DNA from: Eledone cirrhosa
Lineage: Eukaryota
Reading direction: 5' to 3'
Length of the DNA stretch: 64,000 nucleotides
Assembly: GCA_964016885.1 (NCBI GenBank)
Contig: OZ024746.1
Location: 65,596,001 to 65,660,000, forward strand
In this document: positions 52,504 through 64,000 of the stretch, one piece after another
How positions within the stretch are numbered: position 1 is the stretch's first letter
Layout: each line of letters opens with the position of its first letter
Notes under the pieces: generated by a model
The model's input: only the letters and a program-made list of their open reading frames with translations
Told to the model about the DNA's origin: nothing
Databases searched by the model: none
Program-made: the position numbers and the translations under genes

Positions 52504-55230
52504 ATGACCTCACTCAGAATAGGCAGCATAAATGCGCGTGGCTTGGGGTAGTGATGGAAGCAGGGTCACCTGCTCAACGACCTCAGGTCACTAAACATAG
52601 ATGTAGTGGCCATCAGCGAGACCAGAATCTCCGAAGCACGGGCCTTCGCACCGATCTTCGGCGGCTACCATGTATACGCATCTCCCAGCCGTCCTGGATC
52701 GGGGGGAGGAGTTGCTGTGCTTTTTCGGAGAGGTTTGGATCTCGCCATGCGGGCCATCTTCCTGGACCCAGAGGGTAAGTTGGTGGTGCTGGACGTGACC
52801 AGCGGAGACGGGCAAGCTTTCAGGCTAGTGGCCGTCTATGCCCCGACAGGTGCAGGGCGGCCTGATTTCTTCCGGCGTCTTGAGACCTTTCTTGGAACGT
52901 CCCGCTCTTTAGTGTTAGTGGGCGACTGGAACGGGATATTAGAAGCACGCTGGGACTGTGTGGGATTAGCGGATAGGTGTGGAGGGTGCAAGAGCCTCAC
53001 CAACCTGCTCAGGCGTTTTGAACTGTCTGACAGGTACCGATTGGATTTCCCGAATGTGCCAATGTGGACTTGGACACATCGTATAGGGTCATCCCGATCA
53101 TATCTAGATAGAATATTTTGTAGGGAAATAGATAGGTCTAGCATAGGCTGTCCACAATTCAAGATAGTCAGCTACACGGACCACAAATTCGTGATCTGTG
53201 TGCTTGATTTAGATAGGCTTCATAGACGAGGACCCGGCTACTGGAAGCTAAACGCGTCCTTACCAGCGCGCAAGGCCTACAGAGACCGGAGTAGCGAACT
53301 AGTTAAGCGGGTGTTGACTGGGGCCATCGTCAACAACAAGTGATGGCTTGCTCTGAAAAGAGCGATTAGAATAAAATCCATTAGGTTTAGTAAGGCTTTA
53401 GCAATAGAGAAAAATAGAGCAGAGGGGGAACTAGTTAGAATATTAGAGGAGGCGCTTAGCAAAGGCATCGCAACCGACGTGCTTGCGGCGAAATTGGCCT
53501 TTGACCAATTCTTCAATGCAAAGCACGAAGGCTGCGTTGTCAGAGCTAGGGTGCGTGCTCTCAGACACGAGGGGACGAAAGCCGTTCAATGGGCCCGAGT
53601 GGCAGTGGCACGTCGTGGCAACAAAGCCACGATCCGGTCTTTGGTGGACCACGACGGTCGCATGCTACTCGATCCCGGGCAAATTTGTGAAGTTTTTCAG
53701 CGACACTTCGCTCAGGTGTTCGGGGGCAGCTGTGGGCCGGGTCGTGGGATGGATTTTAGTGTCTACCTCGAAGGACTGCCGCGGCTCTCGGCCACTGAGC
53801 CGGAGTGTTGCGAAAAGCCGATAACAGCCGCTGAAGTAAAGGAGGGAATAACTGGCTGCACAAGGGGTAAATCGCCTGGTTTGGATGGTCTGCCCTATCA
53901 ACTTTACGTACAGATGCCAGACTTGTTCGGAGGCCTCTTGGCGGACGTCTACTGCAAGTGGCAACAGAACGGGAGAATTCCCAGCTCTGTGAGCCGAGGT
54001 GCGGTGGCACTGCATAGAAAGGATCCGAACAAGGGGGATAACATAGATAATTTCCGGCCCATAACCCTGCTAAACACAGAGTTCAAGATTTTGGCCAAGG
54101 TGCTAGCAAAGAGGCTGGCGCTTGTCGTTGGTGGTCTGGTGGGAGAGGCGCAGACATACGCCATTCCCGACAGATCCATCCACGACAACCTCCACCTCAT
54201 GTGATACATCGTAGAGAGGGTAGCTAGGGAACCTGGCACGGGTGGGTCCTTGATCAATTTAGATCAGTCGAAAGCTTTCGATAGGGTCGACCATCGTTAC
54301 CTAGCGGCAGTCTTAAGGGCGGCTGGCTTTGAGCCCGTCTTCAGAGGCTGGATCGCTGCCATGCACAGCGACATCTGCTCTGTGGTGAGAGTGTACGGTC
54401 ACCTTTCGGAACCGTTCAACATCATGCGCTCGGTCCGCCAAGGATGTCCCCTCTCGTCCCTCTTGTACGTATTGACTCTCGAGCCATTACTGCACAAACT
54501 GGAGACGCTGAGAGGCGTCCTGCGCAAACTAGGATGCGGAAGATCCGTGTCAGCATATGCGGACGATGTCACCGTAGTGGTGTCGAACGCCAAACACATC
54601 GAGGCGATCGGCACTACACTAAGGGAATACGAAGCGGTGACAGGAGCAATGATCAACCAGGAAAAGTCAGTGGGCCTGCAGCTCGGCACCTGGAGAGGCA
54701 GGTCCATGCCGTCCAACAGCGCCGTCGGGCGTTGGACGAACGGACCGGTTAAATTGCTAGGTGTCTGGTTCAGTCCGGACCTCCAGATGGACAAAAACTG
54801 GGACGAGGTGACGAGCAGGGTGGTTTCTCTCACCCAGAAATGGGCGGAGAGGAAGCTATCCCTGAAAGGTCGAGCGGAGGTGGCTAACGCGTACATCGCG
54901 TCTGTCATCTGCTACCGCCTGACCGTCGTACCTTGTCCTAAGCCCCGCCTGACTGCGCTGGAGCGCTTGCTCTTTCGCTTTTTGTGGAAGGGACGCGCTC
55001 CGATGGTCAGGCGGTCCATCTGCTGTCAACACCCGCTACGTGGAGGGCTGGGAATGCCGTGGCTGATGATGCGCAGACACGCGCTCAGGCTACGACATCT
55101 CCACCTCTTCCTCGACGGTGATCAGGTGTGGTCGCCGTTTGCTAGACACGTATTTCCCCAGCTCGTTTCCTTGACGGAGCTGCAGTCCTGGGTCAAGCGA
55201 AGACCGAGAGGGAGCGCCTGGAGACTGGAC
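52504..55230 (+). pseudogene. LINE ORF2 (APE + RT), one frame with nonsense codons
   Basis: SINARGL, SET, VYAP, GDWN, YLDRI, TDH, YWKLN, KSPGLDG, LDQSKAFDRV, RQGCPLS, YADD; stops at 52549-52554, 53341 and 54202. Confidence 0.93.
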
Positions 55231-55264
55231 ATTCCCTATAAATATATTCCCTATAAATATATTC

Positions 55265-55352
<88 letters not shown>

Positions 55353-55360
<8 letters not shown>

Positions 55361-56488
55361 TATATTTAGAGTTTTAAACTCAAACAGTCCTTTACAATTA
55401 ATTAGCTCAAAGAAAGAAGCATTTCTGAGCCGTGAAATACAAGTTAATATAAATTAATATACGATAAACACATAAGTGTTTGTATTGCAAAATATGAAGT
55501 TAGGTAGAATGAAATAAACTAATTAAAATGAATATAGTTTGCCTGTCTCGATTTAAAATAATATATCAATAAAATCAAACCCATATTGGCAAAAGCCGTG
55601 ATTCCTGGACAAATTATTGGGTTTTGAAGTTCAAATTCTTCTACGGAACAGGTTTGGATTTTGAAATTTAAATTTGTCCAGGAATCACGGCTTTTGCCAA
55701 TATGGGTTTGATTTTATTGATTTATTATTTTAAATCGAGACAGGCAAACTATATTCATTTTAATTAGTTTATTTCATTCTAGCTAACTTCGTCTTTTGCA
55801 ATACAAACACTTATCTGTTTGTCGTATATTAATTTATATTTACCTTTCATCCTTACGGGGTCGATAAAATAAAGTACCAGTAATGCAATGGGTAATTGCT
55901 GGCCTTGTGCCTAAAGTAGAAACAATTAATTTATATTAACTAGTATTTCACGGCTCAGAAATGCCTCTTTCTTTGAGATAATTAATTGTAAAGGACTGTT
56001 TGAGTTTAAAACTCTAAATATAATATAATATTACGGCTCCTTTCTTGTTGAGCTAATTTTTAATGCCATATAAACGGCTGTTCTTTCTAGCACTGTGAGT
56101 ATGAGATAGCTAGTGAGCTGGTGTAACACGTGCGTTTGTGCTTGTGAACCAGACCTCCAAAATGTTTTAGCGGTGAAGCATCCTAATTTTTCAGGATTCC
56201 TGTTGATAAGCACAGAGAATTGGAATATTTCACTTTTTATACTATCGTTGCGAAACATATTTGGGTTTTGAAGTTCAAATTCTTCTACGGAACAGGTTTG
56301 GATTTTGAAATTTAAATTTGTCCAGGAATCACGGCTTTTGCCAATATGGGTTTGTTTTTATTGATTTATTATTTTAAATCGAGACAGGCAAACTATATTC
56401 ATTTTAATTAGTTTATTTCATTCTAGCTAACTTCGACTTTCGCAATACAAACACTTATGTGTTTATCGTATATTAATTTATATTAACT

Positions 56489-56492
<4 letters not shown>
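55353..56492 (+). repeat. Fold-back plus partial-tandem element (arms 55353-55615/55671-56030; direct copy 56259-56492)
   Basis: Inverted and direct duplications of the same sequence between (TA)n tracts. Confidence 0.9.
55841..55924 (+). mobile_element. SINE family A 3' fragment inserted in one arm, 13-bp TSD
   Basis: TSD ATTAATTTATATT at 55828-55840 and 55925-55937; absent from the other arm and from the direct copy. Confidence 0.9.
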
Positions 56493-56556
<64 letters not shown>

Positions 56557-56559
<3 letters not shown>

Positions 56560-58870
56560 AGGATAAAAAGCACGATTGATTATTCCTTCATTGCATTTAT
56601 TGATAGGTGACGCGCGTTTCGCCATTGATCAGCTCAAGGTTCGATCTATATCGATCCTACCCGACTCAATAATCCGCAGCTAGACGGACCCTCTTAAAAT
56701 GCTATGAGAAAATGAAATACATGCCATGTGGTAAAGTTCAGCGATTCAAGAGTTTGACAAAATGAGTTGTTTTGATTGGTGGGAAGGATCAAGGCGATGT
56801 ACTGGCCGGTAGTGTATATGGGGGTGGGTGTGATGGTGAGATGTTGGTGACGGTCGGTGGATGAGATGGGCTGTGATGTGGTGGTGGTTGGTTGGCCTTG
56901 GCGTGTAAAGTATGTTGGGGTGGATGTGATGATATGGTGGTGGTTATGGTTGCTTAGTGGGATGGGCTGTGGTATGAGGCTAGTGGATTGTCAGTAGACG
57001 GGTTGGCGTGTGTGTGGGGGTATGGTATTGGTGCCGCTGTCTATGGTAGCGGCGTTTGTGGTGGTGTGGTGGATGTATTGGTGGCGTCAAGGTCATTACC
57101 TAGATACATAGCTAGACGCTCTTCGTCTCACAGATATTTTGTATATACGTATACGCACACACATACATGTATATAGGTGCACACATATTGTTGTATAAAC
57201 ACACCCACCACAAAACACATACACACATCCTTGCCCACACATATCGACACACGCTCACACACAGCCATATGTATATGTACACACATGTATGTGCATGCGC
57301 GCATGCAGACACAAATATGGAGAGTGGGGGAGTATCGGGGTTGGGGGTGGGGGGTGGCGAACGACAGAGATGGGGGTAAGGTGAGAGGCAATATAGAAGG
57401 TGTTTTACATATATATATACACATACATATACCCATACACACATATGGGTATGGGCACATGGACTCACACTCACGTATACAGAATATACACATACACACT
57501 CACACACGTATACTCACACACACACACATATATATATATATATACACATATATATATATATATACACACGCATGTACAGACAACACACACATACACGCAC
57601 ATATACACATACATGGACATACATGAGCTCACCTACACACACACATCAGATTCACCCATATACATATATGTAGACGTACACATATACATACATACATACA
57701 CATACATGTACACACACACATACACACACGCATACACATACACATATATATACAGATATATATATATATACACACACATACACACATGTATACACATGTG
57801 TTCACATACACACACACACACATACATATAACTATGCGTACACGCACGCACACTTATACGCCCGTATGTGTAAAAATACTTACACACAGACACACACACT
57901 ATTGTTTCTACTTTAGGCACAAGGCCAGCAAATACCCAGTGCATTACTGGTACTTTATTTTATCGACCCCGTAAGGATGAAAGGCAAAGTCAACCTCGGC
58001 GGGATTTGAACTCAGATCGTAAAGGGACGTAACTATGCTGGAAAGCATGGCGTCCGACCCTCTACCGATACTGCCAATCCACAGCCACACACACTATTGT
58101 TGGTTGGGGAGTAGAGGTATGTGTTGTCGTTGTTGATGAAGTATGGAGTTGTGTTTTGAGGTGGTGGTGGTGGAGTTGTGAGGGACAAAAATATATATAT
58201 ACAGGATCGAATACCGGTTAAAAGGTGACATGGGGAACGCGGGGGAGAAGCGTTTATGGACGTACGGCGAAGTGTGCTGTGGACATGCTGATGGTGCTGG
58301 TGTTGGCGTGATATGTTCGACAAGATGATTACATGATCAGAGATTACGTTGTGTTATAGGGTAAGGCAGACGGGGGATGGGGGGTATATAATACAGTCGA
58401 TCTGGGAGCGAGGGGTGATATGTGTTGATGATGTTAATGATAATGATTGTTGAAGTATGGGGATGTATCTAGTGGTGGCGGTGGTTGTGTGTGCGTGCGA
58501 CAGTACAATTACAGGGTCGAATTTAGCGTGCGGTTGTAGGTTAGGGTAGACAGAGGGAACATGGGGGGATGAGGTTGTAGGTGTGTATGGTAGACATATG
58601 AAGATGAGTGGTGTGGTGGTGGTGGCGATGGTGTGATATGATCGACATTGTATTTACAAGATCCCTTGTCATTGTGGATTACAAGGTAAAAACTATCATA
58701 GAAGAGCGATCTAATACGATGTTGCAACGGTGAGGTGTGTATGTTGATGTGAATTTTGGTGGTGGTGATGGTGATGTGTGCGGCATGATATACAAATGCG
58801 GGCTTAGAAATGGGTACATGGAGTACAATACGATAAGTTCATTGAGATGGGCGATGGTGAGACGGGGTAT
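56557..58870 (-). mobile_element. Probable PLE 3' non-coding region (C/A-rich on minus strand) ending in an HHR-like terminus
   Basis: Composition mirrors 4480-5900; GAAACGCGCGTC then AATAAA on minus strand near 56595-56620. Confidence 0.55.
57907..58085 (-). mobile_element. SINE family A, full length, 16-bp TSD
   Basis: TSD CACACACACTATTGTT at 57891-57906 and 58086-58101. Confidence 0.92.
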
Positions 58871-58890
58871 ATACACACACACACATATAT

Positions 58891-58983
<93 letters not shown>

Positions 58984-59023
58984 ATGAAATATAAGAATCA
59001 AAGAACTGTTCAAAACATTATTG

Positions 59024-59070
59024 TGCTTACAGCTGTTTCCTCCAAACCGAGGTTTGGATTCTTCTGAGCA
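59024..59070 (-). ncRNA. Compact type I HHR, U4A variant
   Basis: TGCT-CAGAAGA-ATCCAAAC CTCG GTTTGGAG-GAAA-CAGCTG-TA-AGCA. Confidence 0.7.
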
Positions 59071-59624
59071 ATTTATTAATGCATGGACAGTTATATGACT
59101 TCCTTTTCAGCCGAGAGACATACCGATACATATTCAAACATTGATACATATTCAAACATTGTGGGTCAACATTCATTACAGAATTTAGAGTGGCAGTACA
59201 CACTTCGAGATTACATTTATATTAAGAGGTACAATCAAAAATCAAAATACAGGTTAAAATACAACATGAAGATAAGCGGTTATATAGTGCAAATGTTATA
59301 TGTGTGGCACGCATGTGCGTCTTGTTTATATAGTGTGGCAGAGAGATATGTGTGGTAGAGGCACTTAGGTAGGTAAACAAGAGTGTTAGGTTGGTAGATC
59401 TGGTGGCAAATTCTTTATATGATTGATATAGTCTGTGTGTGGAGAAATATTATAAGCATTAAAAATAGTGCAAGCATTAAAAGTGTTAAAAGTATTGGAG
59501 ATGCACAGCGCAGGGAAGTCAAGTATTTCATGTACTTCGGCATTTTCATGGTCAGGGGAGTGTATTTATCGATTATATGCCATATAATCGATAAATACAC
59601 TCCCCTGACCATGCATTAATAAAT

Positions 59625-59671
59625 TGCTCCGAAGAATCCAAACCTCGGTTTGGAGGAAACAGCTTTAAGCA
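59625..59671 (+). ncRNA. Compact type I HHR, U4C variant
   Basis: TGCT-CCGAAGA-ATCCAAAC CTCG GTTTGGAG-GAAA-CAGCTT-TA-AGCA. Confidence 0.65.
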
Positions 59672-59872
59672 CAATAATGTTTTGGACAGTTCTTTGATTC
59701 TTATATTTCATATAACTGCTCTGTAAATCATCTGATGTTTGTACATTGAGCTACTTAACTTACTGGTAATAAGGTAGTAATACATTACTGCCTACCACTA
59801 TTTAGGGTGTGTGTAAAATACTTATAACTGCATAAGGTTTTGTATTTACATAACCATAAATAGTATAACTAA

Positions 59873-59923
<51 letters not shown>

Positions 59924-59940
59924 TTTAATTATGTCTCATA

Positions 59941-60129
59941 TAATTATTTCTACTTTTTGGCACAAAGCCAGCAATTACCCAGTGCATTACTGGTACTTTA
60001 TTTTATCGACCTCGTAAGGATGAAAGGCAAAGTTAACCTCGGTGGGATTCGAACTCAGAATGGCAAGGGCCGTAACTCTATGCGCCAAAGCATAGCGTCC
60101 GACCCTCTACCGATATTGCCAGTCCACCC
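59941..60129 (-). mobile_element. SINE family A
   Basis: Head, core and tail present; short re-duplication of the head at 60133-60154. Confidence 0.9.
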
Positions 60130-60149
60130 TTCAAAGCATAGCGTTCGAC

Positions 60150-60303
60150 CCTCTTATAAAATAATAAAACCAACTATCCACGGAATACTATACAGTTAGC
60201 ACCCCAAACACACAATTTGGATTATACTCAGGTATATCCTAAAATTTGTTGAGTGAGATAGAGTTGGTCGGAGTATCGCTGAAAGCTTTCTCTGTTAATG
60301 TAT

Positions 60304-60306
<3 letters not shown>
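60150..60306 (+). repeat. 3' end of the ~700-bp HHR repeat, copy 3
   Basis: GTTAGCACCCCAAACAC..TTTGTTGAGTGAG..TATCGCT..AAAGCTTTCTC shared with 6740-6895 and 14660-14820. Confidence 0.8.
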
Positions 60307-60357
<51 letters not shown>

Positions 60358-60521
60358 TCAGAAGATCCCGTTAAGGGTGAAAGCAGCGATTCTTTGCTTA
60401 AACTTTAATCTGTTATTTTAATAAATATTTGCTCTACGGTTCTTATATATTTGCTATATATTTATCCTTATCAAGTCCTCTTTGGAGTTTAGTCTTCAAA
60501 TTCATTATTATTATTACTATA

Positions 60522-60828
60522 TGGGTTGACTTTGCCTTTCATCCTTACGGGTTCGATAACATAAAGTATCAGTAATGCACTGAGTAATTGCTGGCCTTGT
60601 GCCTAAAGTATAAACAATTATTATTACTATATATATATATGGTGGATTGGCAGTATCGGTAGAGGGTCGGACGTCATGCTTTCCAGCATAGTTACGACCC
60701 TTTGCGGTCTGAGTTCAAATCCCGCCGAGGTTAACTTTGGCTTTATTCCTTACGGGGTCGATAAAATAAAGTACCAGTAATGTACTGGGTAAGTGATGGC
60801 CTTGTGCCAAAAGTACAAACAATTATTA
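60522..60828 (+). mobile_element. SINE family A: truncated copy (60522-60625) and full copy (60641-60828)
   Basis: Core and tails; A/B boxes in the second copy. Confidence 0.9.
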
Positions 60829-60892
60829 CTATATATATATATATATATATGTATTATATATATAAATATATATATATATATACATATATATA

Positions 60893-60934
<42 letters not shown>

Positions 60935-61174
60935 TAGAAAAAAGAGTATCGTAGAATCGAGACGTATCCGAGGACCGCACGATTTCAGAGTCAGGTTTGA
61001 TCACCATATCGATCGTGCGTCGAGATGGTCGCCCGAGAAACAATTGTAATATGTCTAATAAATTCCTTTCGTCACAACAATGACTCTCTTTTTTCTGTGA
61101 TATCGTACTCTGCTCAACGAGGGTCGAGTGCTCATACGGTCTAACGCATACGGACGCTTTACGCATCCAACACC

Positions 61175-61240
<66 letters not shown>

Positions 61241-61458
61241 AGAATGTATAAAACATGCTTTTTACTGTTTTATTTGTTCCAGCCATCTGGCTGAGGCCAT
61301 GCTGGGGCAACACCCCAGGACATATATAATAATACAAGGACGATTTGTTAAGCCTTCATTACGTTTATTGACTGGTGACGTGCGTTTCGCTATGATCAGC
61401 TCAAAGACCGATCTGTACCGTATAACTGTACCGTGTACCTTTACGTTACATACCCTGG

Positions 61459-61489
<31 letters not shown>

Positions 61490-61968
61490 TGTGTGTGTGT
61501 GCGTGTGTGTGTGTCTGTGTGTATGCATGTGCTTCCGTGTGTATATATATATATTATTGCCTGAGACTGGTATTGGATATTTGTTTCTGTGTAATGTAAC
61601 TCTACTGGAGACGAATCCACTGGATGCATTATGATCTTTGGAAAATAGTAATCCTAGCAGATACGTTAAATAATAAAAAATAAAGCATATATAACAGATA
61701 TAACAACTCTTCAAAAAACATATAAATCTTGCATACAAAATATTGATAAAACAAATCGACGGATGAATATGTTTTAAGGGAGCAATGAAATCATCTCGCA
61801 CATTTTTGTAAAGCTAAGGAACATTAAAATATATTCTGTTATTTGCTTGTAGAGATTGTGTAAATGCATATCACATGACAATAATTGGTGAAAATAATAA
61901 AATAAATAATATACATCCAATGTAATCTGATATAATGTGTTATCAATACGTAGAAGCAATTCTTAAAT

Positions 61969-62141
61969 AATTGTTTCTACTTTTGGCACAAGGCCAGCAA
62001 ATACCCAGTACATTACTGGTACTTATTTTATCGACCTCGTAAGGATGAAAGGCACAGTTAACCTTGGCGGGATTTGAACTCAGACCGTAAATGGACGTAA
62101 CTATGCTAGAAAGCATGGCGTCCAACCCTCTACTGATACTG
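61969..62141 (-). mobile_element. SINE family A
   Basis: Core and tail; candidate TSD TTAAATAAT. Confidence 0.88.
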
Positions 62142-62289
62142 TTAAATAATGACCAAGGAACTATTATTGTAAATATATTTCATGATTGCCTTTGGTGAAA
62201 TAATCTATGTACACTCAATTCAAAAAGATATAGCTAAGTTAACAATAATATATAAACCATCAACCTAACGCTAACAGCAACACATCTAA

Positions 62290-63045
62290 AATTGGATTGA
62301 TTAATATTCCCCTTCACTCAGGTGAAATTCTCCAACAACATCAGAGACCTGGGGGATAATTGTTGAAAACAACATGAGCTGGGCAACTCATATAAATAGC
62401 AATTTGAGATGGCTCGTAGAATGTGTCTGGATTCTCAGAACTTTTCAGTTGAGCGATATCCACAACATTATTCTTATTTTCTCTCTATTTTCCCGACGCC
62501 ATTTGAATCCTATTATCCACTGTGGTCTCCCCCACACGAATCGAAGTATTATCAACATGGAAGCACCTCAAAGGTCAATAATAAAAATGATCGACGGCAT
62601 GACAAGCCTTGACTATTGGGATCGACTAGAAAAAATCAAACTTTACTCTGCCCAACGCCGCCGAGAGCGTTAGATTATCTGCACGGTGTGGATGATCTTC
62701 CATCAGCATTGTCCAAATTATGTTGACACCATCTTTAAAGTAAACCTAAGTCTTGAGCCCAAAAAGCAATCTCGCATCTCATAACAGCATTATCGCAGAA
62801 TTATTTCACCTCAACTGATCCCGGTCTTTTTAATATTACACCAAAACACATAAAAAAAAAACAGATCCCATATAATTACAACCATCCTTGGACAAATTCT
62901 TCCAAGGCATCCCTGATAATCCATCTACATACGGATATGCCTCAGTAAGCAATAACTTTCTACGTGACTGGTCCATTGTTTCCAAATCCTGATATGAACG
63001 CCAGTTGGTGCTATTAAGTTAGACATCAAAGTTATCAAAGTTGAA
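62290..63045 (+). mobile_element. CR1/L2-group LINE 3' fragment, degenerate
   Basis: MSWATHIN, WILRTF, PLWSP, EAPQR, MTSLDYWDRLEKIKLYSAQRRRER. Confidence 0.8.
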
Positions 63046-63084
63046 TATATATATAAATAAATAAATAAATAAATAAATAAATAT

Positions 63085-63123
<39 letters not shown>

Positions 63124-63130
63124 TACATAT

Positions 63131-63201
<71 letters not shown>

Positions 63202-63207
<6 letters not shown>

Positions 63208-63549
63208 ATTAAATAAATGGAAACTATATTTATAAAACCATATTTATTTCATTATATATATTTCAGGGATAACATATTAACAATATGCTATGCCGTTTCG
63301 GACGATGAATGGATCTGTTATTTTTATCTAAAGACATTTTTTCCAATTCCAAATCTATCTATCGTCCGAAACGGCATAGCATATTGTTAATATGTTATCC
63401 CTGAAATATATATAATGAAATAAATATGGTTTTATAAATATAGTTTCCATTTATTTAATATTGTAAATATACTCCAAATATTTGTCGAGTGCTTTTATAT
63501 CAGTTATAAATATTTACTAGTTGTAACACAACAATTTAAATATAACTTT

Positions 63550-63550
<1 letters not shown>
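63202..63550 (+). repeat. Fold-back element: 105-bp perfect arms (63202-63306/63361-63465) plus tail
   Basis: Right arm has the HHR 3' half GAAA-TATATA-TA-ATGAAA; tail homologous to 12570-12655. Confidence 0.92.
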
Positions 63551-63593
<43 letters not shown>

Positions 63594-64000
63594 AATAATA
63601 ATACTATTTATAGTTATGTATATACCATAAACAACTATAAACAGGAAAGGTCAGTTATTTCCTACTATCTTATTACCAGTAAGAGAAATATAAACATTAA
63701 CTAAAATATAATTCAACATATGTAATGGAAAGGACTGCAGTAACTTTGTTTTTCTCAACACACACACATTCGAACACTATTAACATATTACATCCGCCAT
63801 AGATTTTAATACATTAACATATTTGCTTACCATACAGTATTTATTTATCTATATATGCATAATACCTTTGCTTATTTCCTTCTCATATATATGACTAACG
63901 CATGTGCACTTTCTACTCGCTTGCATATGTACTACTAAGGTACTATTCCTCTCTTAATGCTTCTTTATCAATGACTCTTTCATTATTAGACCATTCTCTT

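Larger units (their letters stand above)
50773..55230 (+). mobile_element. Tx1/L1-type LINE, 3'-truncated
   Basis: 5' UTR, ORF1 with zinc knuckle, APE-RT ORF2 ending abruptly at 55230. Confidence 0.9.
58982..59878 (+). repeat. Fold-back element: 105-bp arms (58982-59086/59609-59713), nested 33-bp-arm palindrome, tail
   Basis: Arms each contain a complete HHR-shaped motif; perfect palindrome at 59547-59613. Confidence 0.9.

Overview
AT-rich, microsatellite-laden eukaryotic DNA. The tRNA-derived SINEs look like those of octopus/coleoid cephalopods (recognition from memory, not a search). No host protein-coding exon is recognisable, and most ORFs in the track are (TA)n/(CA)n artefacts. The window holds one tRNA-Phe(GAA) gene, a near-intact R4/Dong non-LTR retrotransposon, a nonsense-disabled Tx1/L1-type LINE, a truncated Neptune-type Penelope-like element (PLE), fragments of RTE, CRE, NeSL/R4, CR1 and another PLE, about 20 SINE copies and a hAT MITE. 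The most striking unexplained signal is a dense set of non-coding modules embedded in (TA)n tracts. They carry type I hammerhead ribozyme (HHR) motifs with palindromic stem III, and many have a fold-back architecture, (TA)n-[inverted arm]-loop-[arm]-unique tail-(TA)n, in which the inner fold-back point repeatedly falls in or beside the ribozyme. One ~700-bp family has an HHR with a branched, covarying stem II. All structures were read by eye; none has been computed or tested.
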